Shown one piece after another: positions 1 to 13,495 of a DNA stretch of 41,899 bases. Source of the stretch: Octopus bimaculoides. Taxonomy: Eukaryota. A model generated the notes under the pieces. The model saw only the letters and a list, made by a program, of their open reading frames with translations, had not been told where the DNA came from and did no database searches. The DNA lies in contig NC_068981.1 of the NCBI RefSeq assembly GCF_001194135.2, positions 12,179,014 to 12,220,912 on the forward strand, written 5' to 3'. A program made the position numbers and the translations under genes. The stretch's first letter is position 1. Each line of letters opens with the position of its first letter.

Positions 1-19
1 TATATATATATATATTTAC

Positions 20-65
<46 letters not shown>

Positions 66-135
66 GTAGGTAGGTAGGTAGGTAGAGGGAAAGAGAGTGG
101 GAGAGAGAGAGAAGAGAGACAGTGACACAGAGAAA
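1..135. repeat. Compound microsatellite (TA)n-(GATA)n-(GGTA)n-(GA)n
   Basis: Directly visible tandem units at the window start. Confidence 0.95.
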
Positions 136-3100
136 TTGAGAGGGTGAGAGAGTGATAGATAGATATAAATATTGCTATATAGACATATATATAAATATAT
201 ATATTACGATTATTATATATGCAGTTTTAATGGAAGACGCTAATGCCTTCAAATATCTGTTACGGCAAGTGATATTCAATTGAATAACGAAATGATCGAA
301 TGGTTCGTAAATATGTAGATTTACCTGCAGGGTTTCATTCATTTCTTAATTTTTGTCAAAAATGTATTGAATATAGAGTAAGGTAGCAAAGAATAAATTG
401 CACATGAATAAGCAATTAAGCTAAAGGGGTTTTGACATTTCAATGAGGGTATTTTATTCAACTGTGAACATAATTGAATAAATCGTAATTCAAAATCAAT
501 ATAGTTGGAAAGTATATAAGGTACGATAGGCACAACTGACGTTTTTCATGTCCCGATATTAAAATTGATGTGCAGCTTTGTAAATGGTTATGTACTGTAT
601 CATAAATATTGGCTAAGCTTAACAAAACTTTATCTTTATTTTTACCAGTATATCATTATATTACTGTCATTTTAGAGCTGGAGTTCTTGCTATTCATACA
701 CTGTCTCAAAACCTTTGATGGAAAAGTTCCTGTTATTATATACAAATAGACTTCATTAAAATATATGCTTGTATCTAGAATTTATTTTCTTTCTTATTGG
801 GTGATTCAACAAATTCAATATTGTCAATTATAACATAGATATAATTATAACGATTAACTATAAGTAAAAGTGTATGCGTCAGTTATATTAGTATAGTCTC
901 GCTTTTGCACTGAAATATTAGCGTCTTCCTTATAATTCAATGTAATTTTCGTCCACTATTATATTTCATATAGAGATTTTTTCTCTGTCTATCTTTGCGA
1001 TACAACCCCACAAGTTCCAGAGTAAGATGTAGTGTAGTTAGCGGTATTACAAAAATTGGACACATGTATAGTGACAATAAACTATACTAATAAAATAGAA
1101 CACCATAAAATCATCCAAGTTAGTATAAAACACCTAACATCTTGGAAGATTGTCCTCCTAGCATCTAGAAACGCAGCATAAGTGTGCCAGCATATACTAC
1201 TACGCTATCCTCCACGTCTTTGAGATAACTATGTTCGTACACTCCTTTCCACGTCAGCCCACACAGCACAGTCGCTCCTTTAAGCCTGGTTTATATTTTG
1301 GTCGCTATCGTAGCCTTCTAAATTTCTATCCTCTCTAAAGCTTTTCGCTTTGATACTGGATTTTACTGCTGTTATATAATATTAGTATTAAACAGTAGTA
1401 AAATTATGTTACTCTTCGCATTTGTTTGTCGTTTATAATAATATTAATCATAAACTACAAGCCTTTTTCGTAGATTCTTATCTGTTTCAGTGACAGCACC
1501 CTCGCATGATAACAACCGACCGACACCGATACTCCTTTTACTTTTGCTCAGTGGTTGGTATTTTGAGAATGATTGTGCTTCTTAAAGATGTCGTTAACTT
1601 ATGTTGTGCCATATTGTCATCTGGCATCATACATAATACAATATAGATGAATTACGTTTTTGACAGGATGTTGAATTGCAATTGATGATTCAATTGCAGA
1701 TTATTGCATTATTTGATCTCATACTGTGAATTATCTCATATTCTGTTTCGGGTGTTATATGACATTCATTGTTTGGGACAAAAAGTAGGTTGATTTGAAA
1801 GAGTTTATTCTACATGAATCAAGGGGAAAATGGTAACATTTTCATGTAATGTAGATCATCTTTTGCATAAACATAGTCACCATGAACTAGACGTTTAGAG
1901 TTCGTGAGTAAACTGTGGATATCTTGGAATAAATGATAGAAGCAACGAAGCAGATAACTGAGAGCAAATGTTTTCCTCAAAGCCAGCATAACCTTCTCTT
2001 TCCTTCATCTAAATTCTCACTGGATCCACACTCCTAAAGATCTTCACGCTGTTAGAAAATATATTCATTAACCTGGTATTTTATTATTCAATTTCAAAGT
2101 TCGATCACGCATTAATCGTAAATATATTACTGCAATCACCGTTGGTCTCATAACGTAAGGTTGCAATATAATGCATTCCTGGAAGTGGAGTATATGGAAC
2201 GCTACGACATTGATTTTGTAGTTATTTTGACTATCCCATGCTATATCATGTAGATGAATTTTGAAGAGTTTTGGTATCATCGGTTCTGTTCATCGCTTCC
2301 AGCATTTAACCACATAACCACGTCTTATCTTTATCTTTTTAGCCATTAAACTTTATTAAATATACTTCCATAATTGATGAATTCTTTTCCTTCAACATAA
2401 TTGTTTGGTCAGCTCTCTACCGGAAATTCGTCAAAGTTCGCAGAAATTATGCACAAACACAAAATTTAAGGCAAGTGCTCAATGAGATAACTCGATTGTA
2501 TTAACGGAATTTGGGGCAATAAATCATAACTCAAATTCATTTAATGTAAAGCATTAAACATTATTCTCCTTACCAAATAATTTGGGAAGCTAAGTGAGCT
2601 AGAAATCATTGAGCTGGAATATAGATTATAAAAATATGAGAATCTTCAAACAGGAGTTTGTTTTAAAAGACACGGTGCATGGGTATGTGTAAGGAATACC
2701 AAAGTTTGTTTAATCGATTTTAAAAGTTGAAAGTTAACGCCGGAAAAATTTAGTGCTTTTTAATACATGTCAGCCTTCCTCTCCAAGATCAAGAATTCCA
2801 GACCTAGTTATAAACATTCCAATTTTTGTATTGCGTATGGATTAACCGAATTAGCATTGACCGACTACGTCGATCATATAAAGTTTGCTGGAAATTACGC
2901 TGAAGAATTTTAGGTATTTCTTATTTTAGACATCAGTTGCTGAAAAAATACAATTGTAATGGTAAAACCGATCATAAATTCGATATCCTTTTAATATACG
3001 AAGTCCAAACGCATCAATGACGAGGCTGTTATGAGACCAGCCCTGCCAGAAATAACTGTAACATTGGATGGGAGTGTAAGAACATTAATTGTGATAGTTA

Positions 3101-5501
3101 CTATTTACTTGATCATATCTGTGTTCTACGCTTCAAAGTCTGATGTTGGACTAGAAAAGAAAAGAAGATATCAAATATTCATGTGCAGCTCTACAATCGA
3201 ATAAATAACTGGTAAAAAAAAAAGTAAATCATTGTTAATTGATATTTCAGTCATTGAAACAAAATCTAATTCAGCAAGTTGATATATGATACTAAATATA
3301 TTATTTCAGTTTTCGTTCAGGCACTCCGTTCCTTTGTAAAAATAAAAACGTAATAACTACGTTAAAAGGTAGAAAATCACGATGGAATATAAGCCGTTTA
3401 TACATTGGTCATGCTTATCAAGAATCTGAAGCGAAAATTACACACTCACAAGTAAGCCTGGAAACCATTCAACTGACATATGCTTGTATTAAATTGCGAT
3501 AATAAAGGATGATTTAAAATGATTATTGTATCTGCCAATACAGCTTGCAACAGTGAACGGGGAAGTTCTAAATAGCGTATGAAAAGTAAATAAAAAAAGC
3601 AAACAAACAATGCAATACCATGATATTGAATTTCTCATATACTCTGGTCTCAATCAATAAACATTTTAAACGTTACAAGTTTTTTATGCTAATCAATAAT
3701 CTCAGACGTTTTCACAAAATATATTCCAAAGGGTGGCAAGGCTATATATTTGTACGGGTTTCTGCATCAAGAAGGGTGTGATGTATAGTTGGACTACGTG
3801 ACGCGTTCTAAGAAAACTAACAGCTACAACAGATATCGAAATAAGATGTTAAACTAAACATCAGTAATTAAAAGGATGGAGTGTTAGTGATGGGAATACA
3901 TAGACAATAAATTAGCAACAATCATTTACTTTTCTTAAGTATTTCACATAAGGAAGACATAAGAGTTATTATGCTTGGAATATATAGGAAATCGTGGAAC
4001 CTCAATAATTTGAAGGTTTTCTTATTAAAATTTCATAATGAAATAAATAATAATTGTTAGGTAACAGTAAATATATTTATAAGTATGACTTCGTCAGTAT
4101 ATTTAAAAAGCACACATATGTAAATGAAAACATTTGTGATGTAAAATAACTTATCTTGTTGACAATGAGAAATATGATAGAAACATAATTAGACCAAAAG
4201 AGGCCCAAATCACGCGATCTGGTAGTCTCGCCAGGGCGATGGCGTTGATTAGACTCCTGCTAGTGATGTAAAGAAGGATGCATATATATACCAAAAGACC
4301 ATACGAGGTATTGCTTCAGGGTAAATTTCGCAGTATAGTTTTCTAACACAACATCCACCTTTATTTTAGGATAATTATTACATAATTGAGATATTTCTAA
4401 TATAAATTAAATTTCGAAAACTTTTAAATAGGTTCGGATATTTGAAAATATATTCAAGGGTAGTATTTGACCGTTTAGCACGCTAAGAAATACCAAAGAA
4501 GCTACAATTCTTATTTGTTAGTGTATGTAGGAAGTAAATATTTCGGATGATATGATGATCTGTAATGTAAACCTATAGTTTCTGCCAACATTGCTATTTA
4601 AGCTAAATAAAAACCAATGATAATTATATATGTATTCACCATACAATATCTTCTTATATATATATTATGGAGTTGGTTACGTATGTTCACTAAATATATC
4701 TTATTTACACATACAATGATGCTGGAAATCGCGACGGTTATTGTGCAGTGAATCATATATTGTTAAAATCGGTCTTTGGAAACTTTAGACATGTTAGTGT
4801 GCAGATTATTCCGGTTTCCGTGATATATCATGGAATGAATATCCTCAAAGGAAGGCTAGTCCTATGTAGCGTTAATTTCTGCTTTTCCTAATATTCATTT
4901 TTATTCGAGTCGACATAAGTAACATAAAAGGAAATGAAATGAAAACCAACACATTCAGTAATACGTATTGATACATATGTTATATTTATTTATTGGCATA
5001 CTACTCGTGAGCTGAGTGCAATTTTCTTATTATATTCCCTGTTATTTATGCACCACATCTACAAATCCTTTTATATTTCGGAGAAAAATGAGATCGTAGA
5101 ATGATTTACGAATCATTTGATGGATATAATTCACCTAAAGAACCCTTCGTATGAAATCCAATATGAATACACTAATCTATTTTGTTGTTCAATATTAATA
5201 TAGTGTAAGATCGCGCATAGAAACATTTTCAGGAATATTGTCACGTAACAAATGCATTTTCCTTTGGTAGTGCATGTGCATTTGCACAGCTGTTTGATTG
5301 AATAGGTTTAAAGGTGTTATAATTAACAACTACAGCTTACGCTTATATTGCAGTCGAAATCCTGTGAATACACAAAATTTATAGTCCAATAACAGCTTCT
5401 GTACTGAGACAGTAATAGTAAACTATAACAACCATGAATATTACAAAACGTATATTTAAAGTGGCCATGTGATAATGTATGAAAACATGTAAAACTCTTA
5501 C

Positions 5502-5817
5502 TTTATCGAATTATATATGGAGAAAAGTAGATCATTGTGAACGTTGCTTTTTTGCGCAGAATTAGTCAGCTATCATTTCATACAGGAGGTGACTGAAATC
5601 TAATTAATACATGTACGATATTAATTGCTGTTAACATATATAGTTCCATATTCAGCAAGATGGAAGTAGCGTCATGTAAGGCAATCCAAACGAACGAGTA
5701 GATGAAGCATAGAATGCTGTCGTAATATTTAAATATTCATCAAAAATATGCTGTGATTGATAAACTCTTCGCATTTGTTGTAGGTACATGAAACAACTCC
5801 TGAGAGGCTACGTAACA
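5502..5817 (-). pseudogene. Pseudo-exon of cadherin gene B
   Basis: Acceptor ctctctcattattcAG|TG at 5817 and donor AA|GTAAGAG at 5502. Single-frame translation LRSLSGVVSCTYNKCEEFINHSIFLMNI*..RYFHLAEYGTIYVNSN*YRTCIN*ISVT has several in-frame stops. Confidence 0.55.
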
Positions 5818-6286
5818 CTGAATAATGAGAGAGAGGGGGAGGGAGAGAGGAAGGGAGGAAATAAAGGGAAGAGATACTAAGGGAATAGACAAAGGAGATT
5901 ATTGCGGCATTGCAACAGAACCATGTGTGTGTGCGTCTGTGTTTGTGTGTGCGTGCGTGTGCGTGCGTGCGTGCGTGTGTGTGAGCGTGTGTCTGTATAT
6001 ATATATANNNNNNNNNNNNNNNNNNNNNNNNNNNNNNNNNNNNNNNNNNNNNNNNNNNNNNNNNNNNNNNNNNNNNNNNNNNNNNNNNNNNNNNNNNNNN
6101 NNNNNNNNNNNNNNNNNNNNNNNNNNNNNNNNNNNNNNNNNNNNNNNNNNNNNNNNNNNNNNNNNNNNNNNNNNNNNNNNNNNNNNNNNNNNNNNNNNNN
6201 NNNNNNNNNNNNNNNNNNNNNNNNNNNNNNNNNNNNNNNNNNNNNNNNNNNNNNNNNNNNNNNNNNNNNNNNNNNNNNNNNNNNNN

Positions 6287-6327
<41 letters not shown>

Positions 6328-6359
6328 GTAAAGAGAAAGAGAAGGCGATGAAGAGGGAG

Positions 6360-6830
6360 AAAGAGGAATAAAGGTGATTCATTCTTTCGTTATTACATAA
6401 ATAATATTGGTACAAAATCTGTTTATTGGTTTGAGATATATGAAGATTTGTGCTTTCCGTTGGGCAGTTCATTAATAATGATATTAGATACTTGTAAATC
6501 CAACTTCAATTCATAGCCTAACATAGCCTATAAAGGAAACTGCAATGTAAGTCTTTAAAAGCAATCCTATGTTATGAAAATCTGTGTAAATATATTAAAC
6601 CGGTCTATAAGATATTCGTATTGATTTTTACATCACCTTCAAATATAGACGTTCTATGCGTTCTTTTGTTTTACATTTATTCAACAAATAATAGACTGCA
6701 TAATATATGCCACACTGGCCAGACATGTTGCGTAACATACGAGTTTTTTCTCAGTTAAGATATGCAATATACTGAAAAAAACATTAGCAAACGTGGGTTA
6801 TGCCCATTAATTTTGACTGCGATGTGAATT
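6360..6830 (-). pseudogene. One complete decayed cadherin repeat of gene B
   Basis: Runs from VIHIAVKINGHNPRL through SIFEGDVKINTNIL*TGLIYL to KNESPLF. The spacing (~140 codons) is compatible with roughly one linker-to-linker unit. Confidence 0.6.
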
Positions 6831-6867
6831 ACTTTACGTATTTATGTCGATATGCAGATAGATTGCG

Positions 6868-6898
<31 letters not shown>

Positions 6899-7042
6899 NN
6901 NNNNNNNNNNNNNNNNNNNNNNNNNNNNNNNNNNNNNNNNNNNNNNNNNNNNNNNNNNNNNNNNNNNNNNNNNNNNNNNNNNNNNNNNNNNNNNNNNNNN
7001 NNNNNNNNNNNNNNNNNNNTATATATATATATATATATATGT

Positions 7043-7088
<46 letters not shown>

Positions 7089-7834
7089 AAAGGAATGAGA
7101 TATACAGCGTATGTGAGAGAACATTCTATATACGAGGAGACATAAAATGGCGGCGAATAGGGGACGGGAATGCGTGAAGATAACCTCTTTTAAAAATTAT
7201 ACTGCATTTGATGTAAAAACAGGTGTTATTGCTTTCTCAAGATGCTGTATAGATTCCCTTCAAATGTTTGAGGTTTACGAATTCCTATAAAACCGTTAAC
7301 TGACAACATTTCTTTTACTCACCATTGTGAAAATAGTAAATATTCCAAGAAAAGAATAAAAAGCTACGTTTTTTCTTGCTTACTTGTTTGTTGTTTTTGT
7401 TGTTGCTGTTCTTTCTCCTCCTCCTCCTTTTTCTCTGCGTTATACTTTCGACTTTCTTCTGGAAATGTATATCATATTTAATGACGTCCTTACGAGTTTG
7501 TTCAGGTGACACTCGAACCCTTGTGGTTTACACCCACACCCACTGTTCAAGTATTCGCGCTTCTCAACCATACTTAACAGTTTGGAGTGTCTCGGGAGAC
7601 ACCAGTATCAGCATATTAAACAGTCGGCAATAGATGAGTGGCGCTTTGCTTTATCGACACGGGAACGTTAACTGCATTGCTTGGCTCTTCATGATTTGAG
7701 CTCACGTCATAAATCATCAAAATACCTTAGCAACATATATATCTTTGGTTGGAAACTAATAATACTAACACTTCTCTAATGTCGTTAGTTATAACCTAAC
7801 CACTAATATACCCAATTAAGTGATAGCAACTCAC

Positions 7835-7968
7835 ACAATATCAACCGTCATAAGACATGTCTTCATTCGGTATATTCGATGGCATTCGTTTATGAGCAAT
7901 AATAACAAGAAACTCTCTTAACATGAGACAGAAATATCTTGATTCATTGAAAACTTCATGTTCAGTAT
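7835..7968 (-). pseudogene. Pseudo-exon of cadherin gene B
   Basis: Acceptor cctccatttctgtttatAG at 7969-7970 and donor GTGAG at 7834. Translation DTEHEVFNESRYFCLMLRE... contains one in-frame stop. Confidence 0.45.
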
Positions 7969-8190
7969 CTATAAACAGAAATGGAGGATTGGCAATAAAA
8001 ACAAAAACTCTACAATGGACGTGAATAGCAATAATTTCTGCTGTTGTTTTCCCTAAAGTTTACCTCGTGATAAAGCATATTGTGAAAAACGTTCTAAACG
8101 GTATTATCCAGTCAATTTTCTAAATTCCCTTTTAGACATCCCAATGTTTAGGACTGCATTATCCACTGTGTCTAATTATGTTGGCAGCCG

Positions 8191-8294
<104 letters not shown>

Positions 8295-8768
8295 CAAATT
8301 ATAGTTTGAATAGAGACAATACGGGTGGAAAACCATAGGAACGATATCCCATTGCTAAAAGATTCAATATGCATGTGTGCGCATATCATACGTGAATCAA
8401 TAATTATACACAATTCTCAGTAGCTAAAATGAAATAAAAGTACACAGGCATATAAAAACACATAAACGTCAAAAATATAATGAATGTCTAAAATATTTTA
8501 AAATATTTTAAAAATATTTATAAGTATTCCTAATTTTTTAAATGCTTAAAAGATATTTTAAAATATTTTTAAACATTCATTATATTTTTGAAGTTTATGT
8601 GTTTTTATATGCCTGTGTACTTTTATTTCATTTTTGCTACTGAGAATTGTGTATAAATATTGATTCAAGGATGATATGCACACACATGTATATTGAATCT
8701 TTTGTTGGAGATGGGATATCGTTCCTAAGGTTTTCCATCCGTATTGTCTCCATTCAAACTATAATTTG
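8295..8768. mobile_element. Foldback/MITE-like palindromic element with ~210-bp inverted arms
   Basis: The left arm caaattatagtttgaatagagacaatacggg... matches the reverse complement of the right arm ...ccgtattgtctccattcaaactataatttg with only scattered mismatches. The central spacer is short and AT-rich; no ORF. Confidence 0.9.
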
Positions 8769-8971
8769 AATCGTAGCTCAATTTGAGCACTTCAATTCTA
8801 GCCTGTTTCTGAGTAGTGTAATATTAACAATCTCTGCTTATAAAAAAGTACAGTTTATATATAAGTAAATAAGTAACATGTAATATCTATAACTGGGTTT
8901 TTCATAGCTTCATATTTATAACTGAAGACAATGTCATGCCATGCTACAGTATACGTAATATTTTCAGATTT

Positions 8972-9187
8972 TAAAGGCGGTGAGCTAGCAGAAACGTTAG
9001 CACGCCGGACAAAACGCTTAGCAGTATTTCGTCTATGTTCATGTTCTGAGTTTATATTCCGTGGAGGTCGACTTTGCCTTTCATCCTTTCGGGGTCGATA
9101 AATTAAGTACTAGTCGCGTAGTGGGGTCGATCGAATCGAATAGCCCCCTCCCCCAAAATGCCAGGCCTTGTGTCTTGAGTAGAATAG
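8972..9187 (+). mobile_element. tRNA-derived SINE, family 1, full length with 15-bp TSD
   Basis: tRNA-like head ggcggtgagctagcagaaacgttagc, body gaggtcgactttgcctttcatcctttcggggtcgataaattaagtac. Flanked by direct repeat aatattttcagattt at 8957-8971 and 9188-9202. Confidence 0.9.
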
Positions 9188-10794
9188 AATATTTTCAGAT
9201 TTAATGTAGAAAACGTACCTTTACATTTGCAATGTAAATGTTAAACTTAACTTCATATGTGTTTTCATGCTTATCATTCACCAACAGGCCAGAATTAACC
9301 TAAAAATTTAAAATGTCAAGAGCGGTGCAGAGTAGCAAATAGGAATTGAAATGAAACAATTAGAACCCTTTGAGATTATTTGTAAGCTTCAGAAATAGAT
9401 GAGTGAATTAAGCGAGTATAGGGAGTTACAAATCAATATATTCATTCGAATAGAAAATTAGGAATATTGCATAATGCTGATCCATTGGATGGGTACAGAA
9501 CTAATTTAGCAGGATATGCACAATTATAAATGTAATTGATTCAAATATATGAAGTTTCGAGTAAATCAAACCTGGTTCCTATATAATTTCATCTAACAGA
9601 CTCTGAATTCATAGCCGGGTGCAATGAAGTTGATGACCTATCGCGTATGCATAATAAATTATTTGGTGAATGTTGGTAAAGTATGTAAATCAATTTAAAT
9701 AATAGCTAACAGTTTCTATGTTGCTACAGAGTCCAGTCAATTGTGGATAAATTATGAAATATATAATGGATAGAAAGACTAAAAGCTGACGTCCTAATTT
9801 TGGGACTGCCATGTTGGCTTGGCGATAACTATTAATATATATATATATATATATATATANNNNNNNNNNNNNNNNNNNNNNNNNNNNNNNNNNNNNNNNN
9901 NNNNNNNNNNNNNNNNNNNNNNNNNNNNNNNNNNNNNNNNNNNNNNNNNNNNNNNNNNNNNNNNNNNNNNNNNNNNNNNNNNNNNNNNNNNNNNNNNNNN
10001 NNNNNNNNNNNNNNNNNNNNNNNNNNNNNNNNNNNNNNNNNNNNNNNNNNNNNNNNNNNNNNNNNNNNNNNNNNNNNNNNNNNNNNNNNNNNNNNNNNNN
10101 NNNNNNNNNNNNNNNNNNNNNNNNNNNNNNNNNNNNNNNNNNNNNNNNNNNNNNNNNNNNNNNNNNNNNNNNNNNNNNNNNNNNNNNNNNNNNNNNNNNN
10201 NNNNNNNNNNNNNNNNNNNNNNNNNNNNNNNNNNNNNNNNNNNNNNNNNNNNNNNNNNNNNNNNNNNNNNNNNNNNNNNNNNNNNNNNNNNNNNNNNNNN
10301 NNNNNNNNNNNNNNNNNNNNNNNNNNNNNNNNNNNNNNNNNNNNNNNNNNNNTATATATATATATATATATATTCAAATGCTTAAGAAGACGAAAGAAGG
10401 GCAGAAATCTGTCAAGTAGAATCCTGAAAAGTTCTTCAAACATAAGAGGTTTTATTAGACAAATATATGTTTAAATATGCGAAAATGCTAAAGCCTTTTC
10501 TTGTACTCGAGTCATCATTCTTGAGATGCTCACAAACTGTAGCCATAAAAATATTTGTTAGTATATGCCCGATACTTATTTTACTCAAGGCTATACATAT
10601 TCGTTGAAAGTATTGTAAAATGTTCTTATTTTGGCTATGATTGTTATGGCAATGAGGATAATTACACAGAATAATAGACTGATTTTTTCTGTTTACCTTT
10701 AACTTAAATATTTAAAGATATTTCAACTTGAGTATCAACATTGCGACATAATTCTATTTTGATCCAATTCATCCTACTGTAAGTACAATGCCTG

Positions 10795-10905
10795 ACGTGC
10801 AGGGGGTAGAGGCGTCGTCAATTTTATTGACCCCAGTACGCAACTGATATTTGCTTTATCGATCTAGAAGAGATGCTCCTAAGCGTATTCTCCCAGCTCG
10901 CTGAC
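10795..10905 (-). mobile_element. SINE family 1, degenerate fragment
   Basis: ttgaccccagtacgcaactgatatttgctttatcgatc resembles the reverse complement of the 8972 copy; ends in cccagctcgct (head). Confidence 0.55.
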
Positions 10906-11745
10906 TTAAGCGGCTTCTGTTCATAACGGTGATGAACACACGACTGTACTTGACAACGAAATAGAGAGGGAAAAAAATTATACTCTTACATCCACTCTTT
11001 TATATATTTTCAATTTTTTGTTTCCATTTTCACATAAGAGTTAATTAAAAACAAAAATTATGAAAAACTATTTACATAATTGTTTCTTTCTGTCCAGCTC
11101 GTTATTTTAAAATTGGAAACACTCTGACGTTGGCTTTATCTATATTTTCGTAATTACACATTTTGTCTTGAAAGACTTTAGGAATAACGTTAACAACATC
11201 CATGAAAGGAATTTATATTGAGTTAATGTTTCAAATTATATGTAACTGCTGGGAAATATTTTAAACATTTCTTTTATGCATCATATAATTTTAACATAAA
11301 CCATTATTTGCGGAGAAATTCATTCTAAGTGACAATAATTTCAGCCATTATCACACTTTCTATGAAATAACGCTTTTAATTGACAATAATTCTCAAATTC
11401 TTCAATGCTCATATACGAAACAGTCATAGCACTTAATGATATTTCTATGACGTCACTATAGCTGTTCATATGAGGGTTAAGGCACTTCTTGCAATGATGA
11501 TGTACTTGCATAAGAATATTAAATATGTAATATCAAATAAAAATCAATGTTTTGATTTACTTTGCAGTTGAAATATGAAATCAGCTCTCACATGTCGAAA
11601 TAATGACAGCATACATATCGAAATACATTCAGGCATTGATATATATATTGATATATACACAGGCACACAAATACACATGCACATGCACACACAAATCTCT
11701 CTCTTTCACTTTCTCTCACTCTCCCTTGTTATATATATATAACAA

Positions 11746-11906
11746 GGCGTAGGAATGGCTGTGTGGTAAGTAGCTTGCTTACAAACCACATGATTTCGGG
11801 TTCAGTCCCACTTCGTGGCACCTTGGGCAAGTGTCTTCTACAATAGCCTCGGGCCGACCAAAGCCTTTTGAGTGGTTTGGTAGACGGAAACTGAAAGAAG
11901 CATGTC

Positions 11907-11952
<46 letters not shown>

Positions 11953-12175
11953 ATATGTTTGTGTATCTGTGTTTGTCCCCCCAACATGGCTTGACAACCG
12001 ATGCTGGTGTGTTTACGTCCCCCGTAACTTAGCGGTTCGGCAAAAGAGCCGATAGAATAAGTACTAGACTTACAAAGAACAAGTCCTGGGGTAGATTTGC
12101 TCGACAAAAGGCGCTGCTCCATCAGGGCCACAGTCAAATGACTGAAACACGTAAAAGAGTAAAGAGTAAAAGAGT
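11746..12175 (+). mobile_element. tRNA-derived SINE, family 2 (CORE-SINE-like), full length
   Basis: Head ggcgtaggaatggctgtgtggtaag..gggttcagtcccac with A/B-box-like motifs. Block gcaccttgggcaagtgtc resembles the CORE domain. Internal (TA)n/(TG)n tract and 3' tail (aaagagt)n. Several copies occur in the window. Confidence 0.9.
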
Positions 12176-12180
12176 TTATA

Positions 12181-12546
12181 TTCTTTTATTTGTCTCAATC
12201 ATTTGACAGCGGCCATGCTGGAGCGTCGCCTTTAGTTGAACAACTCAAGCCCCAGGACATATTCAACCCTAGTATTTATTCTATCGTTCTCTATTTTTCC
12301 AAATCGCTAGATAACGAGGACGTAAACACACCTGCATCGGTGCCAAGCAATGGGGCGGCGCACAAAGACAGGCACACAAATACGCACTCGCACACGCACA
12401 CACTTATATATATGCAGATATATATGACGGGCTTCTTTCAGTTTCCGTCTAACAAATCCACACACAAGGCTTTGATCAGGCTAAGTTTATAGTAGAAGAT
12501 ACTCTTGCCCAAAGTGCCACGCAGTGAGACTCAACTCGGAACCATG
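12181..12546 (-). mobile_element. SINE family 2, inverted copy
   Basis: Reverse-complement match to the 11746 copy (catttgacagcggccatgctggagc...ttgcccaaagtgccacgcagtgagactcaactcggaaccatgt). Confidence 0.88.
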
Positions 12547-12568
12547 TACGTGTGTGTGTGTGTGTGCC

Positions 12569-12622
<54 letters not shown>

Positions 12623-13236
12623 GATCTATCTATTTATCTATCTATCTATCTATCTATCTACCTATCTCTCTCTCTCTCTCTNNNNNNNNNNNNNNNNNNN
12701 NNNNNNNNNNNNNNNNNNNNNNNNNNNNNNNNNNNNNNNNNNNNNNNNNNNNNNNNNNNNNNNNNNNNNNNNNNNNNNNNNNNNNNNNNNNNNNNNNNNN
12801 NNNNNNNNNNNNNNNNNNNNNNNNNNNNNNNNNNNNNNNNNNNNNNNNNNNNNNNNNNNNNNNNNNNNNNNNNNNNNNNNNNNNNNNNNNNNNNNNNNNN
12901 NNNNNNNNNNNNNNNNNNNNNNNNNNNNNNNNNNNNNNNNNNNNNNNNNNNNNNNNNNNNNNNNNNNNNNNNNNNNNNNNNNNNNNNNNNNNNNNNNNNN
13001 NNNNNNNNNNNNNNNNNNNNNNNNNNNNNNNNNNNNNNNNNNNNNNNNNNNNNNNNNNNNNNNNNNNNNNNNNNNNNNNNNNNNNNNNNNNNNNNNNNNN
13101 NNNNNNNNNNNNNNNNNNNNNNNNNNNNNNNNNNNNNNNNNNNNNNNNNNNNNNNNNNNNNNNNNNNNNNNNNNNNNNNNNNNNNNNNNNNNNNNNNNNN
13201 NNNNNNNNNNTATATATATATATATATATATTTGAA

Positions 13237-13495
13237 GACGCATGGACTAGTACTGCGGCTTTGCACTTACGATCGTGATATCGTGGTTTCAATTCCCAGA
13301 CCGGGCGTTGTGTTGTATTCTTGTGCAAAACACTTCATGCCATCTAGCTTTGCGATCACTTCCGTGCCTGCCGAGTGGTACACTGTGCTTGGGGAACATC
13401 GATTTCATGGATGGCGCGAGATAATGAACGGCACAAATCTTTAATCATATGTCTATTGTGCAGTTCGTTTAGCAAAAGCTGAACGCGCATACGTT
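13237..13495 (+). mobile_element. tRNA-derived SINE, family 3-like, diverged
   Basis: Head gaagacgcatggactagt..cgatcgtgatatcgtggtttcaattcccagaccggg with a B-box-like motif, followed by tgttgtattcttgtgcaaaacactt, which is shared with the 27755 copy. Confidence 0.65.

Noticed and set aside
11746-11820. tRNA-like sequences at SINE heads (also 8972, 13237, 23041, 35230-35285)
   Set aside because: A/B-box-like motifs continue directly into SINE bodies and do not form complete cloverleafs, so they are not tRNA genes.
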